Origin: Prochlorococcus sp. AG-409-P03
GTDB taxonomy: Bacteria; Cyanobacteriota; Cyanobacteriia; PCC-6307; Cyanobiaceae
Reading direction: 5' to 3'
Assembly: GCA_003215295.1 (NCBI GenBank)
Contig: QCKN01000006.1
Span: forward strand, 9,159-73,158
DNA length: 64,000 nt
The first letter of the stretch is position 1; the number at the start of each line of letters is the position of its first letter. Made by a program: the position numbers and the translations under genes. Positions 10,299 to 20,481 of this stretch are shown here, one piece after another. The notes below the pieces were generated by a model. The model saw only the letters and a program-made list of their open reading frames with translations. It was not told the origin of the DNA and made no database searches.

Positions 10299-11345
10299 TT
10301 AAGTCCAAAGTAGGTTGTCGTATGGTATCCACATCACTGAATGCGTAGCAAAGTTGAGCCAGACAAATTGGACTGTGAATGCAAATATAATGACCAAGGC
10401 ATTCAGAACTTTTGGTCTTGCTTTAAATAGTTTGAAATCTGGAAATCTTGAGGCTACTAATAACTGTATTGGTATGGCGTATAGTGCAAGCCTGTCAATA
10501 ACCGTGCTGCTGCTTAAAAAGATTAGACCTAGCACACAAGCTAATGAGTAGAAAGACATCCATTTCCAGAGAATTTTCTCAGATTTTGCAAGAACCAATC
10601 TGTCACTATAGATTAAAAATAATATTGAAGGTATAACATTAAGTGCTACACGAACCAGTGCTCCATCTGATTGCATCCCCTCTTCAATATAAACAGACAC
10701 AAAGGTACTTACTCTAGAAAGCAGAAATATACGAGCCATGCCATAACCAGCTATCCCAAGCAGTATTGCTTTTAAAATTTTGTTTTCCAATTTCCCAGAG
10801 GTTAAATATGGGAAGGCTAGGGGCAAGACAATTAAACTTGTTTGTTGAAAGGCAGCGGCAAGACAAGTCCATCCCAGGAACCAAATCACTTTATTGTTGA
10901 CTAACGCGCTATATCCGAACATCAATAGACCTATTGCCGTGGCTTGTCTGGTGTAGCCCATCCCTACAACTATGACTAAATATGGTATTGCCATGGTCAT
11001 TGCAAGCCAAGGCCTGGCAGTGCTTTTACAGAACCAGACCAAACCAGAGCTAAATATTGCAGCACATACAAAATTGACTCCATATACTCCCATCTTCAAG
11101 TTGAGAGACATCCAGTTTAGAATTTCAAAAAGAGGCTCTCTAGCAAGACTAATTTCTCCACTTTCTTTCAGTCGCTCTATGTATTTCATATAACCAAACC
11201 AATCTCCGCCAACTTCATGCCGAAGTCCAATAATTATTACCAAGACTGTGCATATGCTGCAGGCTGTGATGAACCCCCATTTATGGCTTGCTTTAGCTAA
11301 ACCTCGCCATGCAGTTATGGCAAATAACAGCCAATAAATGACCAA
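10299..11345 (-). CDS. EpsG-family polytopic membrane protein (putative Wzy-type glycan polymerase)
   Basis: About 10 predicted TM segments, with the N-proximal motif GLRHEVGGDWFGY resembling the EpsG signature. It sits inside a glycan cluster. The start codon is TTG. Confidence 0.6.
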   Translation of the reverse strand: MVIYWLLFAITAWRGLAKASHKWGFITACSICTVLVIIIGLRHEVGGDWFGYMKYIERLKESGEISLAREPLFEILNWMSLNLKMGVYGVNFVCAAIFSSGLVWFCKSTARPWLAMTMAIPYLVIVVGMGYTRQATAIGLLMFGYSALVNNKVIWFLGWTCLAAAFQQTSLIVLPLAFPYLTSGKLENKILKAILLGIAGYGMARIFLLSRVSTFVSVYIEEGMQSDGALVRVALNVIPSILFLIYSDRLVLAKSEKILWKWMSFYSLACVLGLIFLSSSTVIDRLALYAIPIQLLVASRFPDFKLFKARPKVLNALVIIFAFTVQFVWLNFATHSVMWIPYDNLLWT

Positions 11346-11397
11346 GGCTAAACTCCTCCCACACTCTTTATTGGCTTTAGAAGTATATAGAGTATCT

Positions 11398-12120
11398 TCA
11401 AGAGGTAAGATCAGTTAGCTTGTTCAGTGAGATTAATTCACTTTCTGAGGCAATGGGCAGTGCTTCAACTGTATATCCTTGCATAACTAAATGCTTAATT
11501 ATATACAAGAAACCATGCTCTGCAGTGAGTCTTCCATACTTACCCTCTAGGTTTTCATTCAACAGATTCATTACTATAGAACGTTTAAATAAAAATACAC
11601 CTATATCTCTCTCTCCTTTTTTTGGGGTTAATTCATGTTCCCTAGTCTCTATTAGATCTATCACTTTACCATTCTTGTCTCTTTTAACCATAGTATAGGC
11701 TTGCTCGACATGTCTAGATATAAATGTGAATGTGTTTTTATTATGAAAATGTACTTGAACTAGCCGCGATAAAGTTGAACTTTGAACAAATGGTATATCT
11801 CCCCACATTAGTAGTATATTTTCAGATTCAAGACATATCGGCGAAGCATTAGCACTTAGCACTGCATTGCCCATTCCTAATGCTTTTTCCTGAATGACTA
11901 TATTCGCATCAAGATTATTTTTTCGCAAACACTCTACTATTTGTACCTTTCCTTTTGGGCTGACAATAACAGTTGGAAAATTATCATACAGCACCACACT
12001 TTTCATGATTCTTATGAGGATAGGTATACCATGAACCTCATGTAATGTCTTCGGGTATGGAAGCTTTGCTCTACTTCCTTTGCCAGCTGCTGCAATGACT
12101 GCGCTGATATTTTTAACCAT
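11398..12120 (-). CDS. Nucleotidyltransferase (GlmU N-domain / MobA-like NTP-transferase fold)
   Basis: AAGKGSRAKLPYPK is the G-x-G-S/T-R nucleotide-binding loop, followed by GMGNAV and LLMWGDIPF. It overlaps the upstream GT2 gene by 8 nt. Confidence 0.75.
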   Translation of the reverse strand: MVKNISAVIAAAGKGSRAKLPYPKTLHEVHGIPILIRIMKSVVLYDNFPTVIVSPKGKVQIVECLRKNNLDANIVIQEKALGMGNAVLSANASPICLESENILLMWGDIPFVQSSTLSRLVQVHFHNKNTFTFISRHVEQAYTMVKRDKNGKVIDLIETREHELTPKKGERDIGVFLFKRSIVMNLLNENLEGKYGRLTAEHGFLYIIKHLVMQGYTVEALPIASESELISLNKLTDLTS

Positions 12121-13027
12121 TAAAGTCTTTCCCTAATTGACCCTTTAGGCCTTTTATGATTGCACTGTAGAATATCTGCTTATACCTTCCGAACAGTAGA
12201 GAAAAGACCATATGCAAGCTATTTCTCTTCGCTGTTCTAATTGAAATAACTATGATGGTCAGGATGTTCCTAATACATATAATGTCGAAATATTTTTTGT
12301 TGATTATCAACGAATTCTTTATTAAATAATATATTTTTGGAACAGTGTAACTTCGTTTGCTGACATTGGGATGATAATGGTATGCACTAAGTAGAGAGAC
12401 TACTTCTCCATAACATCGAAGCCTAAAGAAATAATCCACCTCATCACCATAGATGAAATAATCCTCGTTAATATTACCTATGTGATGTACTGCTTTTATT
12501 GATATTAGTGCTCCATTGAAAAGATGCACAAAAGGATACTTGTCAGCATTTGTGAATTTCCTAAGCGCATTAATGGTTTTGATTTTCCTTGGAAAAGTGA
12601 AGATTGCAGGCAAGCCATTTTTATTTAAGACTGGGAAGGGGAAAACGAATGTCGAAGGCCTATCCTCTTCTACAACAACAGAGGAAATACAAGCGGTATT
12701 TGCCCTCAATTCATTAGCGAGCAATAGATGTGATTGTTGGTCTGGATACCCATCATCATCCATTAACCAAGCGGCATCAAAGTCATTTGCCATTGCATAA
12801 CTTAGCCCTCTTTGCCAACCACCTGCTGAACCAACATTTTCCTGATCAATACAAAAAACATCCATCTCTTTTAACATCTCACTTGTTCCATCAATACTCC
12901 CATTATTGATAACAACAATTTTTTCCACTGGCATTGTTTGCTCTTTCAAATAACCTATACATCTCCTTAAAAGCTCACGCCTATTGTGTGTTACAACAAT
13001 GGCCACTGTTTTGATGGGGGCTTTCAT
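12113..13027 (-). CDS. Family 2 glycosyltransferase (rhamnosyl/galactofuranosyl-transferase-like)
   Basis: VAIVVTHNRRELLRRCIGYLKEQT, NNGSIDGT, NVGSAGG and the LMDDDGYP (DxD) motifs. It overlaps the upstream HAD gene by 4 nt. Confidence 0.8.
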   Translation of the reverse strand: MKAPIKTVAIVVTHNRRELLRRCIGYLKEQTMPVEKIVVINNGSIDGTSEMLKEMDVFCIDQENVGSAGGWQRGLSYAMANDFDAAWLMDDDGYPDQQSHLLLANELRANTACISSVVVEEDRPSTFVFPFPVLNKNGLPAIFTFPRKIKTINALRKFTNADKYPFVHLFNGALISIKAVHHIGNINEDYFIYGDEVDYFFRLRCYGEVVSLLSAYHYHPNVSKRSYTVPKIYYLIKNSLIINKKYFDIICIRNILTIIVISIRTAKRNSLHMVFSLLFGRYKQIFYSAIIKGLKGQLGKDFNG

Positions 13028-13737
13028 GTTATTTCCAATTCTTGATTGATTAGTGTAAATGGGAGTTGATTTATATTGATAAAAGGAATTTTCGCATTTT
13101 TCGCGGCTTCGATTCCTGTAATTGAGTCTTCGAAAATTACTGACTGAGACCTAGTAAAACCTGCCAAACTGACTGCCTTGAGAAAAATTTCTGGTTCAGG
13201 TTTAGCTGCTTTAACATCTTCTGAACATAAGGCAAATTTAAAGAAATTACTTAATCCTAGCTTTTCTATTGCTAGTTTAACAGTTTCCCTAGAACCTGAG
13301 CTTGCAATAACGCTCTCAAATTTTGGTTGTGACCATCGAAGAAATTCTTTGGCTCCTGGCATGGGCAAAAAGTCCTTGTCATTTGAGATAAGCTCCCTAA
13401 CCATTTTTTGCTTTAGGAGAACTAGTTCATTTAGGTGGAAATCTGTTAGGCGATGATTTGCTTCTTCGAGGCAATACTTTAATGCCTGATAAGTATTTTG
13501 GCCTGCTATTTTACTATAGTCAACTCTAATTGAGAACTCATTAAGAACCATCTGGAAGGCCATCTTATGATGTCCTGATGTGTTAGCAATTGTCCCATCA
13601 AAATCAAAAATTAAAAGAGATTTGCTTGAAATGAATTCCTTGAGACTATCGACTTGATTCACAGTATGGAGGCTTAAATCTCGAGCCTGACTACTTTTAT
13701 TAATGTACTCTATCCTATTGATTACGCATAAGTTCAA
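13024..13737 (-). CDS. HAD-superfamily hydrolase/phosphatase (beta-phosphoglucomutase-like subfamily)
   Basis: LIFDFDGTIANT is HAD motif I, SSGSR is motif II-like and FEDSITGIEAAKNA is motif III/IV. The true start is uncertain; the track uses a TTG. Confidence 0.7.
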   Translation of the reverse strand: MNLCVINRIEYINKSSQARDLSLHTVNQVDSLKEFISSKSLLIFDFDGTIANTSGHHKMAFQMVLNEFSIRVDYSKIAGQNTYQALKYCLEEANHRLTDFHLNELVLLKQKMVRELISNDKDFLPMPGAKEFLRWSQPKFESVIASSGSRETVKLAIEKLGLSNFFKFALCSEDVKAAKPEPEIFLKAVSLAGFTRSQSVIFEDSITGIEAAKNAKIPFININQLPFTLINQELEIT

Positions 13738-13841
13738 ATCACATCTAGCACACTATAATATTTAACAAATCATTGCTGGTTAGGGCATTTTTGATTTTTG
13801 ATGTGAATATAAGCCTGTGAAATCTATCTTGCTCAATGATT

Positions 13842-15059
13842 TCATAGGCTTGATTTCAGCTCAAAAAGCTCTATTATTTTTCCTATAACTTTCTCGCCGT
13901 CATGTTTCCCTGGTGAAATCGCCGATTCAAAGTTGTCAATAATGCGCGTGATTTCTAGATCCTGGAATCCCTTTTCATCGTATTCAACGTAAGTCTCGTC
14001 GGCTTTGAGCTTACTTTGATTAATAAGAATTACACTAAACAAATCTTCCATATCATATTTCCTTTCACCGGATAACTCCATATAACGATGTGCTCCATAA
14101 ATATAGTCTGAAGCTTTATACATAGGGGTTTCATAATCAGCACCTATATTGGTAATGAAAACTTTTAATGCACTTTTGTTCCTTGCAATTGTCTCAGCCA
14201 ATCCAGTTGTCAAGTAGCTCGGATAAAGTGACGAATGCTGTGTTCCAGCTGAATAGATAATTATATTAGCTTGTTGTAAGGCAAGCTTAACTGAGGGTGA
14301 GATAGTGACATAGCAATGATGCCTATTTAAATAATAACGCTTTTCATTTGTAGTTAGCTTTTCAAAAGACTGGCGATTCAATTCTCTGTCTAAAAGGTAG
14401 ATCCTCTCAATTCGAACATTTGACCTTAGCTCTACAATTTCTGCTTCACTATATAGCATCTCTCCGTTCTCTCTTAGGGCGACTAAGTGCTTATTTTCGT
14501 TGCTTGTAGAAATTACTGTTCCTCTTAGCCTGAATAATCTTTCAATAAATAAATTAGCCTGCTCTATATTTCTCCCGAAGCGAAGAAATGCTCCAGCATA
14601 TATACAATTCATGATTGCACAGTCTGAGAAGTTGAATTTCTTCTCTTTTAGCTTCTCAATTGTTCTAAGACATTGTAGGAACTCACTTAACAGTGTCCTC
14701 AGGTTACTTGTAATGTGGTCAGATGTGAATGCTGAACCTGCTATGTAGTCACTGTCTCCACTCGCAAATTTGCTTATTTCTTCCAAAGCCTCATCTCTTA
14801 AGCAATTTATTGAAAATCTATGTTTAAAAAGTTTTAGATTGCTTGCAAAATCGGGATCATTAGTAGGGAGCATTAGCTCTTGAACTTTACGGATGTCAGA
14901 GGGGCCTAGCATCTCAAAAAATCTGCGAATTTCCCCCGTCGACTTTCCATCGTCGTATGCATTTACGACAGAAGTAACCTGGAATCCAGGCTGATTTAAT
15001 AGAGGAGGGATTAGCGCCCCTGCCCCTCTACCGCCATTTAATACGACTACGTTTAGCAT
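13842..15059 (-). CDS. CofD/YvcK (UPF0052) family protein, putative phospho-group transferase
   Basis: N-terminal VVVLNGGRGAG followed by VVNAYDDGKSTGEIRR matches the GGG-x-G and DDGGSSG-x-LR signatures of the 2-phospho-L-lactate transferase / YvcK family. Confidence 0.65.
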   Translation of the reverse strand: MLNVVVLNGGRGAGALIPPLLNQPGFQVTSVVNAYDDGKSTGEIRRFFEMLGPSDIRKVQELMLPTNDPDFASNLKLFKHRFSINCLRDEALEEISKFASGDSDYIAGSAFTSDHITSNLRTLLSEFLQCLRTIEKLKEKKFNFSDCAIMNCIYAGAFLRFGRNIEQANLFIERLFRLRGTVISTSNENKHLVALRENGEMLYSEAEIVELRSNVRIERIYLLDRELNRQSFEKLTTNEKRYYLNRHHCYVTISPSVKLALQQANIIIYSAGTQHSSLYPSYLTTGLAETIARNKSALKVFITNIGADYETPMYKASDYIYGAHRYMELSGERKYDMEDLFSVILINQSKLKADETYVEYDEKGFQDLEITRIIDNFESAISPGKHDGEKVIGKIIELFELKSSL

Positions 15060-15328
15060 TTCTAAAGCTCTAAATAACTCGCAATGATCTAGTAGAGGTC
15101 AGAATAGAGGTTTTCATCATTTCTTTATAGTACCTATTTTTACGAGAATCTAGGCATTGTGCTGACCACTATATCTACTGTCGCATAACGAAACCACTTG
15201 CTTACTTTCCCATAAAAGTAAAACTACTTAGATTTGATTGATCGAATTTTTTGTTCTACTTGTTCTTATAAATAAATTCGAATATCAGTATAGTTATGTT
15301 CATATCTAGCTTTCTATAATAAAGAAAC

Positions 15329-16597
15329 TTAGAATCTTTCTCTATTTTCTTTCAACTGTTTATACACTTTTGCATATAAACAGTTTGCAATCTCTAGTCC
15401 AAGCACTTTTCTCGAGGCTTCCCTTAGTCTATCTCCACCTAGCTCTTGCAAATTATCAAAATTAGATATTGCTTCTGATAAAGAATCTTTGCTTAAATCT
15501 TTTATGGTTAAACCAGCATTGAGTGTGCTTATCAGCTCTTCAACATCTCCTACGCCTTTATTGCATAAAACGGGAACTCCTGAAGCGAATGCCTCAGCGA
15601 TTTTTGTCGGAGACATAGATATCTTAGAGTATGAGGGCATGGTAAAGGCGACTAAAATATCCATTCCAACAATTAAGTTTGGAACCTGGTTTCTAGTAGC
15701 AGAATAAATATGAATAAATTGATGAATTTCTTTAGGGCAAAATTTATTTAATAGGGTGTTGAACTTTTCTCTGTCTTGTGTAACAACCAGTGCAGAGATT
15801 GCTTTTCGTGTTGTGCTGGCTAGCTTGAAAAGCTCTAAAAATGCTTCTGGCTTATACATAGAGCCTACTGAACCTAAGTAGCCAATAACGAAGGAATGAG
15901 CTGGAATTCCTAGTTTTTTTTTGATTTCCGACTTTTCTGCTTCACTCGCAATTCTAAAATGTTCATAATCTGCACAACAAGGTATTACGGTTACCTTGGC
16001 TTCTGTTTTCGCCCCCATTCTTATTACCTCGGGTAGAACAGATTTTGTTAGGACAACTAGTTGGTCGCATGATTCTAGTATCTTCTTTTCCTGTCTTTTA
16101 AAGTGATCGTATTGTAAACGATGTATCCAATTATTTATATTCCAGCTCCCTTTGTCAACTCGCTCGTCTACCCAAAGACCTCTGAAGTCAAAGATAAGCT
16201 TTGTGTTAAATAATGCCTTTAATAGCATCCCCACTTCTGCGGGTGCATGTGCTCTTGCATGGATGACATCAATTGATTTAAGTTTTACTAACCAAGTTGC
16301 CATTAAATACATTTTAACTAAGTCATATACCTTTCCGAACAATGACAATCCAGATGTAAACTGAAGAGGTATCCAGTTTATACCTTTTTTCATTAAGTGT
16401 GATTTAACTTTTGCTGATTGAGCTTTGTACCTATACCTCTTTTCAAAACTGAGAATATGGACTCTTTTTTCTTTTTCAGAGATTCCATATATATAGGGCA
16501 GTATTTGGCTTTCCCCAAGCGGGTCAAGAATCCCATCATATGTAATAAAAAGAATATTCAGCTCTTCCTTTTTATTAGAGAACAACTTTTGTTTCAT
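15329..16597 (-). CDS. Group 1 glycosyltransferase
   Basis: GT-B architecture. The start is reassigned to the ATG at 16597 (MKQKLFSNKKEELNILFITYDG...), which forms an ATGA overlap with the stop of the upstream asnB-like gene. Confidence 0.8.
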   Translation of the reverse strand: MKQKLFSNKKEELNILFITYDGILDPLGESQILPYIYGISEKEKRVHILSFEKRYRYKAQSAKVKSHLMKKGINWIPLQFTSGLSLFGKVYDLVKMYLMATWLVKLKSIDVIHARAHAPAEVGMLLKALFNTKLIFDFRGLWVDERVDKGSWNINNWIHRLQYDHFKRQEKKILESCDQLVVLTKSVLPEVIRMGAKTEAKVTVIPCCADYEHFRIASEAEKSEIKKKLGIPAHSFVIGYLGSVGSMYKPEAFLELFKLASTTRKAISALVVTQDREKFNTLLNKFCPKEIHQFIHIYSATRNQVPNLIVGMDILVAFTMPSYSKISMSPTKIAEAFASGVPVLCNKGVGDVEELISTLNAGLTIKDLSKDSLSEAISNFDNLQELGGDRLREASRKVLGLEIANCLYAKVYKQLKENRERF

Positions 16598-18618
16598 CCC
16601 CACTCCTTTAGCCATGCTTGCCACATCAAAATGATCCATAGCTTATGGGTATGGTCAAACCGGCCAGTGAGATGTTGTTCCCAAAGCTGTTGAATTGGCT
16701 GAGACTTCAGATAACCTTGGTTTTCTATAACTATTGGGTTTAGTAACTCTTCTGCCCATTCACGTAAGGAACCTCTTAGCCATTGACCGATAGGGATTCC
16801 AAATCCTGCTTTTGGCCTATCGATTAATTCTGAAGGCACATATTTGTAGAGAATTTGTCTTAAGGCCCATTTCCCAATTGCCTGAGTTTGCTTAGCACTC
16901 TTATTTCGTATCTTCATGGTCATTGGTAATTGCCATGCCATTTCTGCGACTCTGTGGTCTAGGAAGGGTGCCCTTGTTTCCAGACTTGCAGCCATTGCTG
17001 CACGGTCTAGTTTAGTGAGAATGTCATTGGGCAAATAATTCAAGGTGTCATAGGCCATCATTCTTTCTGCAGGATCTTCAGATATCAAACTTGGTAGTGG
17101 TAGGTTTACAGCACTTGGTGGTTCGAAGATCGGATAGCTGCTTTCTTCGCATTGCATTATTGAAAGAGGTTGCTTCCATTCACTAATTAATGAAAGATAG
17201 AGTTCATCAGAAGTCCGGACTCTTTGAAGTCGCTCAGCAAGTTTGTGGGCTTTATGTCCTACTTGGGGGATACCCAGTGCTTTTACTGCTCGATCCCATT
17301 TGCTAGGGGGGATATTTCTAATTGTGCAACCTAGTAAGTATCTCAGATGGAAAGGCATCCAATTGACACGGCTCCATATCTTTGGGCCCCAAAAATATCT
17401 GTTATAGCCGCCAAATAATTCATCGCCTCCGTCTCCACTTAGAACAACCTTTAGTCCGTTTTTGCGTGCCTCTCTACAAACTAGATGGGTAGGTATCTGA
17501 GATGAGTCCGCGAAAGGCTCAGAGTAGATTTTTGCTAAAGATGGGATGATTTCCATAGCCTCTGACGCGGTCAAGATTGTCTCGCAATGGTCGGTACCTA
17601 AGTGCTTTGCAACAGAACGCGCAAAGGGTGCTTCATTGAAATCTTCTTCTTCAAAGCCAATAGTGAAAGACCGGATGGGTTGTTGGTTGTTTTTTTGAAG
17701 GAGGGCAGTTATTAATGAAGAGTCAATACCTCCTGAAAGGAAAGTCCCTAGGGACACGTCAGCTAAACTTTGCTTCTCTATTGATATTTGGAGCGTCTTT
17801 TCTAGAGCATTTAGGGCTTCTGTTTCATTAAAAAAGTGAATATTAGATTGTCCTTGGTGCTGGTAATAACGTTGGCGTGATGCAGTTTCTGCAGAGGTTC
17901 TAAAGCACCACCATTGTTGTGAAGTAACAGGCTCTTCTAAATCACTTTCTCTAATTGTGAGTAAATGACCTGGTAAGAGTTGATTCATACCTTGATAAAT
18001 GCAGCATGGAGCTGATATGGCAGAAAACCGTAAAAGTTGAGAAAGTGCCTCTCGGTTGATTCGATTACTGAAGCCAGGGAAGCTCCTAATTGCTGCTAGT
18101 TCAGAAGCAAAAAGGAAAGTTTTTTGTGAACCTTCTCCTGTAAAACCGTAGTAAAGAGGTTTCTCTCCAAATCGATCTCTTGCGAGCTGAAGAACATGCT
18201 CTTTTCGATCCCAAATTGCTATTGAAAACATCCCTACAGTTCGTTCTAAAGTTTCTTCAATTCCCCAAGTTTCTATCGCTGTGATAAGAGTTTCGGTGTC
18301 ACTAGAACCTATCCATTGAGTTCCATTTCGTTGACTGTTGAGCTCTCTACGTAACTCAAGGTGGTTGTATATTTCACCATTGAAAACAATCACGTGCCTT
18401 CCAGAGTGACTAATCATGGGCTGGTGGCCAGCTCTAGAAAGATCTAAAATTGATAGGCGCTGGTGCGCTAACGCGATAACCTCATTTGCTTGCCACCACA
18501 CGCCAGAGTCGTCTGGCCCTCTATGGGCTATTGCAGCAGCCATCTTGCTTGCAACCTTTCCCAAAGAAGACCTGTTTGGGAAGTTTGGATTGGTCAAAAT
18601 GCCTGCAAAGCCACACAT
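16594..18618 (-). CDS. asnB: Asparagine synthase (glutamine-hydrolysing)-type amidotransferase, higher-GC copy
   Basis: MCGFAGIL supplies the catalytic Cys2 and SGGIDSS is the PP-loop. The protein is 674 aa. Confidence 0.9.
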   Translation of the reverse strand: MCGFAGILTNPNFPNRSSLGKVASKMAAAIAHRGPDDSGVWWQANEVIALAHQRLSILDLSRAGHQPMISHSGRHVIVFNGEIYNHLELRRELNSQRNGTQWIGSSDTETLITAIETWGIEETLERTVGMFSIAIWDRKEHVLQLARDRFGEKPLYYGFTGEGSQKTFLFASELAAIRSFPGFSNRINREALSQLLRFSAISAPCCIYQGMNQLLPGHLLTIRESDLEEPVTSQQWWCFRTSAETASRQRYYQHQGQSNIHFFNETEALNALEKTLQISIEKQSLADVSLGTFLSGGIDSSLITALLQKNNQQPIRSFTIGFEEEDFNEAPFARSVAKHLGTDHCETILTASEAMEIIPSLAKIYSEPFADSSQIPTHLVCREARKNGLKVVLSGDGGDELFGGYNRYFWGPKIWSRVNWMPFHLRYLLGCTIRNIPPSKWDRAVKALGIPQVGHKAHKLAERLQRVRTSDELYLSLISEWKQPLSIMQCEESSYPIFEPPSAVNLPLPSLISEDPAERMMAYDTLNYLPNDILTKLDRAAMAASLETRAPFLDHRVAEMAWQLPMTMKIRNKSAKQTQAIGKWALRQILYKYVPSELIDRPKAGFGIPIGQWLRGSLREWAEELLNPIVIENQGYLKSQPIQQLWEQHLTGRFDHTHKLWIILMWQAWLKEWG

Positions 18619-18675
18619 AATTAGACACTCCTCTTGTTCATTTCACTAAGAAAAAAAGTTTGAAGGATTTCGGAA

Positions 18676-20481
18676 TCAGTAATCTCGATTAATACCAAGG
18701 ATGGAGTTAGGTGATCCGTCTGAGACTACTTTCCCTTTGTCAAGGCGAATGACTCGATCGCATCTAGCTACAGTAGTAAGTCGATGGGCAATCAATAGAA
18801 CTGTTAGAGAACGATCGAGACCATCAATTGCTGACATTACCGCTTCTTCTGTTTCATTATCTAGAGCACTAGTAGCTTCATCTAAGACAAGAATCTGAGC
18901 TTGCCTATAAAGAGCTCTGGCGATTCCGATTCTTTGCCGTTGTCCTCCACTTAGTCTGACACCTCTTTCACCAACGAAGCTTTCATATCCATCGTGAATA
19001 CTTTCAATAAACCCAGCAATTTGGGCTTGTTCTGCAGCCATTTTGACACGCTTCATATCAATCATTTCACTGGGAAGTCCAAAACCAATATTTTCAGCTA
19101 TGGAGGAATCAGATAAATAAATACTTTGTGGTACATGTGCTATTGCAGATCTCCAAGATGCAACTCTTAGAGGATTTCGAGGATCATGAAGATCATTGCC
19201 ATCAATAAGTATTTTCCCTGAAGTTGGCTTGAGGAGTCCCATTAGCAAATCCATTGTCGTGCTTTTGCCGCTTCCTGTATTTCCGATGAAACCAATCCGT
19301 TGACCTTTAATTATTTCCAAGTTCATTTCCGATAAAACTTCAGATATGTCTGTGCCATAGCTAAAAGTGAGATCTTCAAATCTGATTGTCTTCTTTAATT
19401 GCAACGCTGCTGCATTTGGTAAAGCAGCTATGGCAGGGAGCTCTTGGTTAAGTAATAAAAGAACGTTATACATGCTTGTTTTGGCATTTTGGCCAAGTGC
19501 TAAACCCTCATAAACCTTTTGAGCCATTGGCAGCAGTTTTTGAGCCCCTAGTGCTAAAGCTCCTAGCATTGGTAGTGCTTGAACAACACTACCTTGTTGA
19601 ATGAGTAAAAAGCCCAACAAGGCGATTAAGGCCATACCTGCTGGCTCCATGACTAACCTTGGATAACTAGTTAGGAAGTTGGTATTTGCTGAGACCAACC
19701 TCATTGGGAGATCAGCTTTTCGATATTGACTTGTATAAAAGTTTTGGCTGCCATTTAATAGCACATCTCTAATTGCGCCAAGTCCTTCTTGGAGTGCTTG
19801 GATATGCATGCGGTTTAGTTGAGCACGAAGAGTTCCTTGACGTTTGAGCGGCTTGTGCCCAAGTCCAATTGCGAAGCTATAAACCAGAACAATTGCAAAC
19901 CCTGCACCGATGGCGACAACCAGGTCGATCGCCAACAGTGTGCAAACGAGGCTCAAGACTATTAACCCAGAGCTGATTAATTGCAAGAGAGGGTTCAGCA
20001 CTCCTCCAATCACCATCTCAACGTCACCATTAATCGTCGCAATCACAATGCTGCTATTGCGCTTTAGATGAGTTGAATATGGTTGGTATAGCGTTCTTCT
20101 GTATACCTCACAGCTTAAGTCTGAGCCAATTGCTGCAGCTAGCTGTCTGTTTAACCATTGGTTTAGCAGTCTTATTGCACCAGAAAAGATTGATGCAAAA
20201 GCGAAGGCAATAGTGACTGGCAATAAAAGCTCTTGAGGGGTGGTAATACCAACTTTTATTGCTAATTCTTGGATGAGCGGTTGTTCCCATAACGTCGCAG
20301 GGTCAGCTAAGACAGCTAGAAAAGGCAGTACAGCGGCAAGGCTTAGTACTTCTGCTCCACTACTCAGAAGCATTACCACCAGTAAGCAAGCAAGTTGAGA
20401 TTTTCTTTGCTTGCTGAGATGACTCCAAAGACCTAGAAGCATCTCTCGCATGCCTAGATCAGGATTAGTGAGATTCGGCAT
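18676..20481 (-). CDS. Fused TMD-NBD ABC exporter (MsbA/PglK-like half transporter)
   Basis: Six N-terminal TM helices, Walker A GNTGSGKST, signature LSGGQRQR and Walker B ILVLDEATSALD. ATG at 20481 is preferred over the TTG at 20484. Confidence 0.9.
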   Translation of the reverse strand: MPNLTNPDLGMREMLLGLWSHLSKQRKSQLACLLVVMLLSSGAEVLSLAAVLPFLAVLADPATLWEQPLIQELAIKVGITTPQELLLPVTIAFAFASIFSGAIRLLNQWLNRQLAAAIGSDLSCEVYRRTLYQPYSTHLKRNSSIVIATINGDVEMVIGGVLNPLLQLISSGLIVLSLVCTLLAIDLVVAIGAGFAIVLVYSFAIGLGHKPLKRQGTLRAQLNRMHIQALQEGLGAIRDVLLNGSQNFYTSQYRKADLPMRLVSANTNFLTSYPRLVMEPAGMALIALLGFLLIQQGSVVQALPMLGALALGAQKLLPMAQKVYEGLALGQNAKTSMYNVLLLLNQELPAIAALPNAAALQLKKTIRFEDLTFSYGTDISEVLSEMNLEIIKGQRIGFIGNTGSGKSTTMDLLMGLLKPTSGKILIDGNDLHDPRNPLRVASWRSAIAHVPQSIYLSDSSIAENIGFGLPSEMIDMKRVKMAAEQAQIAGFIESIHDGYESFVGERGVRLSGGQRQRIGIARALYRQAQILVLDEATSALDNETEEAVMSAIDGLDRSLTVLLIAHRLTTVARCDRVIRLDKGKVVSDGSPNSILGINRDY

